From Octopus vulgaris (Eukaryota): a DNA stretch of 64,000 nucleotides. Both the position numbers and the translations under genes were made by a program. Below, one piece after another: positions 29,655 to 41,240 of this stretch (position 1 is its first letter; every line of letters starts with the position of its first letter). A model generated the notes under the pieces. The model had not been told where the DNA came from and made no database searches. It saw nothing but the letters and a program-made list of their open reading frames with translations. The stretch spans positions 98,208,001 to 98,272,000 of the forward strand of contig OX597816.1 of assembly GCA_951406725.2 (NCBI GenBank), read 5' to 3'.

Positions 29655-30625
29655 CCCGAAATGGAAATCTTTTTTACCTCAAAGATGCACCTCGTTCTGG
29701 CAGTCCAGTTAAGTTCGATGAAGAGCGATTAAACCAACTTTTGCACGAAAATTCTCGTCAAATGACAAGGGAAATGGCAGAGAAAATGGAATGCTCCCAC
29801 ACTGCTATAGAAAAGCACCTTCACTCGATGGGAAAGATTCAGAAGTATGGAGCATGGGTTCCGCATGCTTTAAGTGGCAACAACAAAAATCAAAGAGTCA
29901 CAATCTCCGCTGGTTTCCTTGCTAGTCACCGCTCAACTCATGGACACAAGGAACAATTTTTTTTACCCAATCGTTACTGGCGACGAAAAATGGTGCCTGT
30001 ACATCAATATGAAGCAGTGTAAGGAATGACTTAGCCCCGGTAAACAAGCAACACCACGCGTGAAACAAGATCTACATCCGCGTAAAATGATGCTGTGCGT
30101 ATGGTGGGACTAGGAAGGGATTATCCATAACGAATTGCTTGAACGTAACCAAACGGTCAACGCGGAACTCAATGTTCAACAGATGGAACGACTCAAAACG
30201 GCTATTCAAGAGAAAATACCTAATCGGCAGCATGGAATTCTTCTGCTGCACGACAACGTCTGCTCTCATATCGCCAATATGACCAATGAAGCCATTCAAA
30301 AGCATGGCTGGGAAGTGCTCCCACATCCGACTGACTCTTCTAATTTGGCACCAACAGATTTCCACCTCTTTCGATCTCTTTCAAATGCTATGCGCGGAGC
30401 TTCATTCAATACTGATGCAGAAATGAGAGCTTGGTTGGATCAATTTTTCGAGTCGAAATCGGGTGATTTCTACCAACGAGGTATTGAAAATCTTGTTGAA
30501 CGTTGGGAAGAAGTTGTAAACAAGAAGGTTGAATACATTATCGATTAATTACTTGTTATTTTTTTAATTAAATCTTTTTAAAGATTAAAAAAAAAACGGC
30601 GGGAACACAATTTGCCACCCCAATA
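29655..30625 (+). mobile_element. mariner (DD34D) transposase pseudogene with 3' TIR
   Basis: PRSGSP, WVPHALS, VTGDEKW (after frameshift), HDNVCSH, HPTDSSNLAPTDFHLF; TIR ..TTTGCCACCCCAA followed by TA. Confidence 0.9.
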
Positions 30626-30715
30626 TTATTTACACTTATTTAAGGCGAACACAAGTAAAACGCAAATTCATTTCACTTTAATGTTTTTGTCTATATTTAA
30701 TTTCAATTCGCATAT

Positions 30716-30983
30716 TACAGTCCTATATTTAAGATACCAGGAATTATGTACATAATGTACATTTGACGGATATTTGTCCTCAACTTGTTTGTTGTTAACA
30801 CAACATTTCGGCTGTTATACCTCCCAGTCTTCATCAGGTACCTCGATGACATATCGAACCTGGGTTCTCATTTCTAAGGTATTTTTCGATGCTGTTGTTG
30901 TTATTATTATTATTCAAGTCACTGCCTGGAATCGAACACGGAATCTTGGGATTAGTAACCCGCGCTCTTAACCACTACTCCAT
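30716..30983 (-). mobile_element. tRNA-headed short retroelement with an internal hammerhead motif and conserved 3' tail (SINE/retrozyme-like)
   Basis: Head TGGAGTAGTGGTTAAGAGCGCGGGTTACTAATCCCAAGATTCCGTGTTCGATTCCAGG (A and B boxes); HHR 30797-30842; tail shared with 49450-49610 and 56014-56128. Confidence 0.75.
30797..30842 (-). ncRNA. Minimal type I hammerhead ribozyme motif (slightly decayed)
   Basis: GGUAC-CUGAUGA-A-GACUG..CAGCC-GAAA-UG-UU-GUGUU. Confidence 0.7.
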
Positions 30984-31179
30984 GGAAATTGAAGTCACTC
31001 ATCATTAAAATATTATCAGGATAACATTGTTTAATGAAAGACTTAATATTCGTGAGGCAGTTCTTGAAGCACAGTAGTGGTACACGAGGTGACCTGTAAA
31101 GCCCAACTATTACTAAATCATTCGTTTTGTTATAGAGAGATACTGATTCACAATAGCCGTTTCAGTAGTAAATGATTAA

Positions 31180-32600
31180 TGGAGGAAAATGGAAACCCCC
31201 GTTTTCTTCTACCGATGCGGTCTGCTCAGATTGTGGTGAAATTCCTCGCTTTTACTTCAGCTTCCAAGTGGAGTTGTCAAGTGGGAATTTCAGTAAGGAT
31301 GAAGAAGGTAATGTGATGAGTTTGGTCGGTAACCCAGTCCTCATTGAACTGGATCTTCCATCTTTTTGCATGGAAGGGTGTGTAGATGCCTTGTACATTG
31401 AGTAAGAATGTTGAGACTGGAGTAGTGGCCTGGTTAGACTTTTTTAGAGGCCTCGATAGAGATTTATGTGTTAATTGTAGTGAGGAAGATAGGTTTTGCA
31501 CTGAGGTAGCGGTAGAGGTTGGTTCCGTGTGATAACCAAGATACTCTTCTGGATCCCTTTGGCTAGATTCCGCATGAATAAAAAAGAATAATGAACCTGG
31601 TTAAGGAGAACTTCGTGACTGGAGTTGTGTTTACATTCACAGTTATATTGGTTGCTTCTATCGCTTCGAATAGATGTTCTTCATTTTTCCTGCGCTGTTC
31701 GGGAAATTCGTGCCATTAGATTTGTTTTTGTTTTTATCTTTGTTCACGTTGGGTGTGTGCTTGTAACCAAGTTTGTGGGAAAGGTGCACACCGATGCTAC
31801 TGCAATAGGGTGGATACTTTTGGAGTGGATTTTGGTGATAGCTGGTAGTATTGTTTTTAATTTGTACTTCGACGGTAAATTACAATGTTGCTGTAAACAT
31901 ACTCTCTCACGCTGGGAGTAACGGCAGCTTACGATTTCTTGATTTTTGTGGTGTTCCAGTAGTAGAAGAGAAATTGTGGGGGTAGTATCTGATGCTTGAG
32001 CGTCTTGTTGCTGGAAGATGAGTGAAATTACAATCACGGTTTGTACCTAGCCTTTGGCGTAGGAAATGACGGCATATTTTTGGAATGTGAATTGAACTTG
32101 AAATTGTGTAGAGGGGAGTGGATTGTAAATAGTTTGAGATTAGGAATCGTTTGACTTTAATAATGGTAATAGGGTAGTGGGGACGAGAGAGGGGAAGAGG
32201 AGCAGTGGTTGATTTGTACACTAACCGAGATAGTAGTAGTAGCAATGGTACTAATTTTGTTAGTGGAGCTGTCGTGGTGGGAAAGGGAGTAGTTGCGATG
32301 GTCACTGGCAGAGTTAGAATAGAATGTTTCACTTTGGCCACTAAGAGTAGCAGCAGTAGGATGAGGAGGAAGAGAGGGGGTGGAGAAGATGAAGGGGTAG
32401 AAGTGAGGGGGAGTAGCAGTATAAAATGAAAATACTGATGGTGGCGATGACGATGATGGTAGTAAGTTGGCCATGATCCTGTTGTTGTTGTTGTTTATCA
32501 TGGGCTGCGGTGGATAAAAAAATTCGAGCTAGTTTATCCACGTGGTTACTCACGGTGGGATACGTAGCAGAGATATGCTTCAGTTTATTCTCTACTTGTC
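31180..32600 (-). mobile_element. Putative decayed LINE 5'UTR and ORF1 region
   Basis: Strand-biased higher-GC island with overlapping broken S/P/T-rich ORFs; no RT motif recognised. Confidence 0.3.
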
Positions 32601-33279
32601 TCTCGTTTTTGCTATTAAAGTGATGAGTAGCTCTTTTAACAATGAGAATGTAGTTTGAGGCATGTATGTTAACAGTCTGAAAAAAAATGAACCATGAGTT
32701 AATGAGAGTATCCGCTTCAATATCCGACTAGTTGCGATTTTTAAAGATGTGTTGTGCTGGTATTTTTGTTTTTTTGATTTTGTTACTGTTGATGTTGCTG
32801 TTGTAGTGAACTACTTATGATTGTTTTTTCAGTATTTTCGATTCGTTGTTGGTCACTTAACCAAGTTGGTAAACGAAATATTCAAAATATTAACTTCTGT
32901 GGTGTATTGACCGGTAGTAGACAATGATACTCGCATATGTTATAATGTTGAAATAATGTGAAATATTGTGCGTGTTTGTTAATAGGAATATTCTGTATTT
33001 ACGAATAATAATTATTATAGTTATAGTATTATATCTTTCGTAATACGTGCTCAGAGTACAAAAGCGTAGCTTTCACTAGAATTAAGCCTTTGTCGTTTTT
33101 GAAAAGGAAAAAAAAATTCAGTTGAGTTTTCAATTGAAAATCGAAAAGTTGGCTTCATATGTATTCTGTTCCATTAGCTACTTACTGGTTAGAGCGGCCT
33201 GAAACACGTCTGCTCAGTTTGGCAGCCTATATATACATAAACATACATACATACATACATACATACATACATACATACA

Positions 33280-33309
<30 letters not shown>

Positions 33310-33311
<2 letters not shown>

Positions 33312-33480
33312 ATGAGAATTTACAAAAAAGAAAACAAAAGACGAAGACAGGTGTGTATACAACAAACAGATGTATTAGTTTAACGCTCAGGAAGTGAGAA
33401 ATACTTTTATGTTTCGATCCTACAGAAAGGAATACAAAATTACAGAAAGGAATACAGAAATAAACAGGGATAGAAAAAGG
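33310..33480 (-). mobile_element. PLE-like terminal fragment; sibling at 47840-48030
   Basis: ACAAAAGACGAAGACAGGTGT..TGTATTAGTTTAA shared; abuts a microsatellite. Confidence 0.55.
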
Positions 33481-33484
33481 TTTT

Positions 33485-34063
33485 GTGTCTGACGATGAAT
33501 GGTGTTGATACGGCTATAACCTGGAAGCAGCAATGACGTCAATGGAGACATTCAATGTGCCCACACTCCCGAATGGCGCGTTAAGTGAAATCCAGGTTCA
33601 AGACGATGATAATTTCTTTCATCGATGCGAAAGCATTATACACATGGAATTTGTTCCTTCTCGTTAACTAGACATTTTCTTGGTAGATCTGAAGCTTTCA
33701 GGAAAACTCCATGACAAGTGGAGAGTGGTGGTTTCATCACGAAAATTCGCCTGCGTATACCGTGAGACAGGTTTTGAACCAAATACCATCGCCCCAGTTA
33801 CCCACCCTCCCTATTCACTCGATATTGCTACCTCCGACTAATATGTCTTCCTCCAAATGAAAAAGTCATTGAAGAAAACGTTTAGCAGATATGGAAGAGG
33901 TGAAGAAAAAAAAACTGACGTAGGCATTAAAAGCGTCACTTCAAACAGTGGAAAACGCTCCTGGACCGACGCGTAGCTTCAAATGGAGAATACTTTGAAG
34001 ACGTTAAGTGTGTAAACGTGTAATTCTAGGTGAGTGATATCGTATTGCAAAATTCTGGCTTCA
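33485..34063 (+). mobile_element. Highly decayed mariner remnant
   Basis: IIHMEFVP; HPPYSLDIATSD*YVFLQMKKSLK. Confidence 0.7.
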
Positions 34064-34124
34064 TATATATATGTGTGTGTGAATGTATGTATGTATGCAT
34101 ATATGTATATATAGATAAAAATGT

Positions 34125-34187
<63 letters not shown>

Positions 34188-34525
34188 TATATATATGTAT
34201 GTATGTGTGTGTATGTATGTATGTATGTATGTATGTATGAAGATCATTCATTAAAAGCAGCGAAAAAGTGGCTTAAAAGATTCCTATTATATTTTCTATA
34301 TAGTAAATGCACAGAGAAAATGGGCTTGCATTTTAATTCAGTATGCATACTTGCACATCCAACATATGTTTATAAATTAATACATGCATTTATGTGAGAG
34401 AGTGTCTAAATGAATAGCTAAAATGTTGACGTGTCAGTTTTGGTTTCTAGGTGGTTTCACAATTTAAAAGAGGATTAATAAAAACATTGAAAAGCACAAG
34501 ATATGAAAGGATGCATTACATGATA

Positions 34526-34567
<42 letters not shown>

Positions 34568-34597
34568 ATATGCAGTTAAATAGAATATGCATGTGTG

Positions 34598-34672
<75 letters not shown>

Positions 34673-34710
34673 TTAATATGCAGTTAAATAGAATACTGCA
34701 TGTGTGTGCG

Positions 34711-34741
<31 letters not shown>

Positions 34742-34753
34742 CAAAAAAAGGCC

Positions 34754-35455
34754 TCAGAATTTTGGAAAAAATCTTTTATTTCTTTGCTGTTATTACGATC
34801 GCTTTCGTTCGATTCTCGAACTTGTCAAATAAAATTTTGCGAACGTACAAACAGCTTGTTCATTTATATAAAACCCATGTTTTGGGGTGGGCTGTTTAGA
34901 CAAAGAGAACGTTTTAATTTTTTGGGGGGTTAAGTTGCATTGAATATTGAAACTTATTGATAGAAATGTTGGTAGGTAGATAGTCTGATAGAAAGATAGA
35001 CAGAAAGATGGATAGAGGGGATAGAGAGAAGGGATATCCCTCTTCCTATTCGCCATTCATTCATTATTTATTTATTTTAGTCCTTTATCAATCTATTGGA
35101 ATGGGTATAATGGCGGTGACCTCTTAAAAAATACAGGAGCGGCGTGGTCATCACCGAAACTTTTTTGCTTCCTCTTTCCTTTTTTCCAGTTACTTTCTTC
35201 TTCTCCTCTTTGAGTTATATTTAGAACACAAAATGTGTTGTTTCCCCTCACTCGACTTTTTTTCTTCTTTTCAAACATTCAATTTTGGAGAGAATTTTTT
35301 GATGAAATGTAATTCTGAATGAAAAAAAAAACTTTAGTATAAGATAATGTTTTTTTTTTAATTTGAAGAGGTCACCATACTTAACCCATTTAAAATAAAT
35401 AAATATTTAGTGAACAGGAAGGGGGATCCCCCTTCTCTCTCTCTCCCTCTCTACG

Positions 35456-35531
<76 letters not shown>

Positions 35532-36662
35532 AGCCTATCTACCTTCCTATATTTCTATCTATCCATCTCCATTGTCAATGGAACCTCACCCAAAACACAA
35601 AAACAATATTCTCGTATTCTAAAAAAAAACCCCACAAAACATCTGTTCTATATAAATGACCAAGCTATTTGTACATTCACAAAGTTATATTCCAGAAGTT
35701 CTCAATCACAGATCTTTTTAATCAAATTTTTTTAACTAAACAGTTTGAAACTTCGAATACTGTTAGAATCTTTCACGTACAACACGGTTTACTCTGAACG
35801 TTTTTGACAAAATTGCGTAGTTTAGAAGTTATTTCGTGTTAAATTTGTGGTATTTGGGTAATTTCAACCTATCAACGACGTGTATTCGGTTGACGAAGGC
35901 TACTGCTGTTTGCAATGGTAATCGAAGGAACAACTGCCTTGTCATTTCTACTATATGTCACCACTCAGTTCTATTCGTATGTTGTGCAAAAACGATGCTA
36001 CCTTTATCCTTTCTTCCTTTCTAGTCATCACCGTGCATTCCTTACTCTTTTCCGCCCTTCTACGCTATCAACTAGCAACCAGCGATCGAACGTGTTACTG
36101 GCACTACAATTACCGTATTTTCCGGTGTATAATGCGCTATTTGTTTTGTTGACCATCATGTTTTGATAATGTTATATTTTATCTAATAAAGACTTTTATA
36201 CTGACGACATGTGTTTGTTGTTGATTATAGTTATAGTGTTATAGTAAGATAAAATCATAACAATAACAATACATCGCATAGCTGTAAAGTAAGGCATTTT
36301 GAAACTACATATGCGTCAAAAACAAAAAAGCTAGCTGCGGCCTCGTGATCACATTTAGTAGAGATGACTCGAAAGTTATTAATCTTCGGTTACTATAGAA
36401 AAGAGCAGTAGCCTTCTTCAACCGAATACACGTCGTTGATTGGTTGAAATTACCCAAATACGACAACTTTGACACGAAATAATTCTAAAATACAAAATTT
36501 GGTTAATAAGTTCAGAGTAAACCGTGTTCTACGTGAGAAATTCTACCGGCATGTGAAGTTACAAACTGTTCAGTTAAAAAAAAAATTAAAACATCTGTGA
36601 TTGAGACTAGATCTAGCGCTCATAATAACGAAGAAATAAAAAGTTTTTTCCTAAAATTCTGA
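34754..36662. mobile_element. Long-TIR non-autonomous DNA transposon (outer MITE)
   Basis: Split left TIR 34754-34817 + 35702-35907 is the reverse complement of 36404-36662. Confidence 0.8.
34818..35701. mobile_element. Inner MITE nested in the left TIR of the outer element
   Basis: Termini GAACTT..AAGTTC; arms 34818-~35150 and ~35360-35701 are inverted, including GATA/TATC tracts. Confidence 0.75.
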
Positions 36663-36714
36663 CGACATTTTTCTTGATATTCAATTTCTGTACATCACAC
36701 CTAACACACACACA

Positions 36715-36757
<43 letters not shown>

Positions 36758-36839
36758 CCTCTTTCTTTCTTTCTCTCCTTATCTCCCCATATATATGTAA
36801 TCATAAAATGCGGAAAACTTTTGATCTGCATGCTAATTG

Positions 36840-37200
36840 AAGGTGCATGGCTCAGTGGTTAGAGCATCGAGTTTACGATAGTGAGGTTGGAAGTTCGATT
36901 CCCGGACCGGGCTGCGTGTTGTGTTGTTGAGCAAGACACTTTATTCACGTTGCTCTACTTCACTCAGCTGTAAGAGTGAGTTGCAACGACACTGGTACCC
37001 AGCTGTATCGGCCTTTGCTTTCCCTTGGATAACATCAGTAGTGTGGTGAGGGGAGGCTTGTGAGAATAGGCAACTGCTGGTCTTCTGTAAAAAGAAGCCT
37101 AGGTTGTACGTTCGCTGGTGAGGCGACTTTCCGCCCAGACTAGTGCCCGAGAGGAGATCCTCAAAGGTGCACTCATGTTTATTCGTGACCAATGGAGTCG
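36840..37200 (+). mobile_element. tRNA-derived SINE family C (CORE-like)
   Basis: TGGCTCAGTGGTTAGAGC..GTTCGATTCCC..TTGAGCAAGACACTTTATTCAC..CACTCAGCTGTA. Confidence 0.8.
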
Positions 37201-37201
37201 A

Positions 37202-37276
<75 letters not shown>

Positions 37277-37310
37277 GGTTTGGAGATGATGTACAGGTAT
37301 TTTATATTAG

Positions 37311-37577
37311 AAGAAATAAGGTACTCAGAAATTCGGATGGTTTAATATTTACAGATATTTATTTTTATATTACATGTTTTTATACATCATATAATTTATA
37401 TCATATATCATATATTAGCGCTTTCGTCCAGAATGGACGCAATTTGAAAAATCCCCCAGAATGGACGAAAGCGCTAATATATGATATACGATATAAGTTA
37501 TATGATGTATAAAAACATGTAATATACAAATAGATATCTGTAAATATAAAACTATCCGAATTTCTGCGTACCTAATT

Positions 37578-37581
<4 letters not shown>
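37311..37581. repeat. Fold-back unit (~120-bp arms) between (TA)n tracts, with HHR 3' half at the centre
   Basis: 37311-37430 is the reverse complement of 37462-37581; both arms start TGGAC-GAAA-GCGC-TA. Confidence 0.85.
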
Positions 37582-37659
<78 letters not shown>

Positions 37660-37660
<1 letters not shown>

Positions 37661-37972
37661 CACTCCGTCGGTTACGACGATGAGGGTTCCGGTTTATCCG
37701 AATCAACGGAACAGCCTGCTCGTGAAATTAACGTGTAAGTGGCTGAGCACACCACAGACACGTGCACCCTTAACGTAGTTCTCGGGTATATTCAGCGTGA
37801 CAGGTACAACAGAAACAGGAAGTAAGAGTGAGAGAAAGTTGTGGTGAAAGAGTACAGCAAGGATCACCACCATCCCCTGCCGGAGCTCGTGGAGCTTTTA
37901 GGTGTTTTCGCTCAATAAACACTCACATGACTGCGAGTCCGCTGCCGTAACCACTGGGCCATTGCGACTCCC
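37660..37972 (-). mobile_element. SINE family D
   Basis: CAACGGAACAGCCTGCTCGTGAAATTAACGTG..GGCTGAGCAC..ATTCAGCGTGACA; siblings at 48675-48900 and 50565-50850. Confidence 0.8.
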
Positions 37973-38089
37973 TATATATAGATATAGATATAGATAGATA
38001 TATACATATATATATATATAAAACATACATATATATGCATAGATAATATACATACATATACATATAGATATAATACATACATACATATA

Positions 38090-39460
38090 TATATATCAAT
38101 ATAAATAATTTGGGAAAACAAATTTCCATATCAATCAGGTGCAACCCTTCAGCCTTATATGCATTGAATATCGTATGGAGGAACTACAAGTGTTTCAGTA
38201 TTGGAAGATTTCAATATATATCCATATACAGAAATGTATACCTATATATAAATATACATATATAAATACATATATGCAATCGTCAGATTTATAATTATTC
38301 CAACAAATCTTCAGGTTTTCTTTCAAAATATTATATATCTCATTTTACATACCTTTGAATATAAGCAATAAAATTAAGTATTAAGAATGGAAAATTAAGA
38401 ATTAAAAATTAAGAATAAAATTTATACTTCGTAATATTAAGAATTAAAATTTGAAAATTATACATTATAGATAAGAATTAGTATATATATCAATCATGTA
38501 AGATAAAGTATATGTCCAATACAGAGTGTGAAATATAAGATTAAACATCAGAATAAAAATGTCTGTGCTTAAATGTGATATATAACAAGAAAATTTTTTT
38601 TTGCTGGTACTACAATGGTGATTTGAGGAAGAAGATAGCAGGTAACTATGGGTATATATAGATGATTAGTACCAAGAGGGGTACTTACACTCTACATAGT
38701 TTTAATTCTAAATTATCCTCTATTATTATATTCAAAATTTACCAATATTGGGAGGTATATCTAATCTGTTATATAATTTTAGTAATATTTAATTCATATA
38801 TTTATTTTATTTAAATATTTTTTGTTTTATTTATTTATATAGTCTATCCAAGTACTTTAGAAATAAAATTATGTGGTTATTTGATTCAGGGGTTGGGGGT
38901 TCAGTACGTCATTTTGCTAAATGTAAAATTACTTCGGTGCCTACATTAGACTCCTCGTTAATCATGTGTGTTTCGTAATTCTTCTCTAGACTATAGTAGT
39001 TTTATAAAATCAGTTATGCATAATAAACAAAGTTTATTCCCAATATTACAGGAGTGGGCTCTACTTATAATACTCCAATTAAAGATGTCCTCTCATTTTC
39101 TAGATTTTAATTCCTGTATATATTTACTTAAGCCTGCAGACTTATTTAAATTGGGATTTTTAAAGGTCTGGTAGTGTTGAAATATTCTTTTTTATATTTC
39201 ATTAGCTGTTGATCCAATATAAGCCTTATTTATAATTTTATTATTATTGTTCTTAGAGCTAACAATACGTTTATAAATTACATTATCAATATTACAATTA
39301 TTAGAGAGCTTACATTTAATCTTATCACGACATGAACATTTTTCTATATGTTACTTAAGACTTCTATCAATATCTGTTATATTATGGCTAGAGCTATTAT
39401 TTATTATGTTATAATAATTATTCAATTTCTTGTTACTTATAGAGGAAATGATATTGCCTA
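38090..39460 (-). mobile_element. Penelope-like element 3' part: GIY-YIG endonuclease remnant and AT-rich terminal region
   Basis: CSCRDKIKCKLSNNCNIDNVIYK..KAYIGSTANEI*KRIFQH..LSKYI..WSIISRA..LCLLC (38925-39350). Confidence 0.85.
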
Positions 39461-39589
39461 CATTTCCCGATGTTACAAGTCCGTTCAGGCTTCCGCCGCT
39501 AGAAGCCTCTTGATGCGACCCTCAGGCATCAGGCTGCCCTTCGGCATCGTCGGGTTAAATTTTACTGCCGCATGATGCGTCATTGTTTT

Positions 39590-40450
39590 GCAGTTCTTGC
39601 CCACTGTTCGTCGATTTTTTGGACGGCTGAAAAGAAGGAACTTCATGCTTCCATTAAATTCTGTTTTCTGAAAGGGAAAACGGCAGCCGAAACAGCAGTC
39701 ATGCTTTAAACAGGTTACAAGGACGCTGCTATAAGCAAAACAATTTCGAAGAGGTTTCCAAGCTTAGGAATTGTCAGTGTAACTTGAAGACCAAACTCAT
39801 TCAGGACGGAAAATAGAACTTCTATCGAAATGTTGAATGTCGTAAACAGTGGCTTGGTAAAAGGGAAAAAGCTCAACCACAACCGAGAAAGGAACTTCAT
39901 GGTAAAAAGGTTATCTCTATCTGGTGGGATTGCAAAGGAGTAATTCACTTTGAATTGTTACCACATAATGCAACAATCAATGCTCAAGTCTACTGTCAGC
40001 AATTGCAGCGTTTGAACCAAGCTTTGAAGAAAAAACGACTCGCTTTAGTGAATCGAAAAGGAGTGATATTTCAGGACGATGCACGATCCCACACTGCACA
40101 GATCACATCACAGAAGATCGAAGAGCTTGGTTGGGAAAAAAGTCCTCATCCACCTTGTTTTCCCGACCTTGCTCCTTCTGACTACCATTTGTATCGTAGT
40201 TTACAGAATCATTTGGGGGACATAACTTTCGCAAGCCAGGAAGTGGTCGAAACTGACATTTCAGAGTTCTTCGCTTTGAAACCAAAATAGTTTTACATTG
40301 GTGGGATTAAAAAAAGGTTGTAAATAGATGGAAGGAAGTTATAGATAATCAGCGGAAGTACATTGATGATTAACTTTCAATTAAATATAACATTTGATCA
40401 CATGTTTTCTTTATTCGAAATTCGGATAGAACTTATGGGGTGACCTGGTA
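39590..40450 (+). mobile_element. mariner remnant with 3' TIR
   Basis: LSIWWDCKGVIHFELL..FQDDARSH..HPPCFPDLAPSDYHLYRSL; TIR ..AACTTATGGGGTGACCTGG followed by TA. Confidence 0.9.
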
Positions 40451-41054
40451 CTTCTACCTCTCAGTAATTTAAATAGCCTGTTTTGTTACTAAAACTAAAT
40501 TAACATGAAACAACTTTATCGTTATAGAAACATATATTATGTACAATGAATAAAAAGAAAATTTATAACAATAACTGAACAACCGAAAACTGCATTATTT
40601 TGCTGTGTCGAAGTAATCTACACACGCATATAAAAAGTATGTTGGTATTTCGCCAAGAAAATGGCATTCGGTAATTGAATTGACCTACTACATATCTCTC
40701 GCCTAATTAGAATATGATTCGACATGTTACTGTGTTTGACATTTTAATAGTATTGAGATAATATGCCATGTATAGATTTTAATACATAAATATAAGGGAA
40801 TTGTGTTTTAAAATTACACAAATATTGAGCTAATATTTGATAACACAGAATAGACTGTCTTACTGAGTTTGATCGCATTATCCCAAAAGGACGCTAACAA
40901 CATTGATAGATAAAATATATTAAATTTACAAAGTTTTATTGCCATTAATCTTCATCTACTGAACATCTTTCTTTCATTTAGCAATTAAATGGTATAATCT
41001 CTCCGATAAAACTCCAAATCTCTTTATTCATGCAATATTACAAACGTATTTAAG

Positions 41055-41240
41055 ACGGCGAGCTAGCAAAATCGTTAGCACACTGGCCGAAATGCTTTTT
41101 ACGTCTTTACGTCCGCCTTTACGTTCTGAGTTCTAGTACCGCTGAGGTTAACTTTGCCTTTCAACATTTCTCAGTTGATAAAATAAGGACCTGTTGAGCA
41201 CTAGCGCCAATGTAATTCACCTACCTTCTCCCCCGAAATC
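41055..41240 (+). mobile_element. SINE family A
   Basis: GGCGAGCTAGCAAAATCGTTAGCAC..GTTCTGAGTTC..CTTTGCCTTTCA..GATAAAATAAGGACC. Confidence 0.8.

Noticed and set aside
29522-30548. Functional or domesticated mariner transposase
   Set aside because: Frameshift, stops, degenerate motifs and no 5' TIR
30918-30983. tRNA gene
   Set aside because: No complete acceptor stem or T-tract terminator; continues into a repeat body, so it is a SINE-type head (same for 36840 and 41055)
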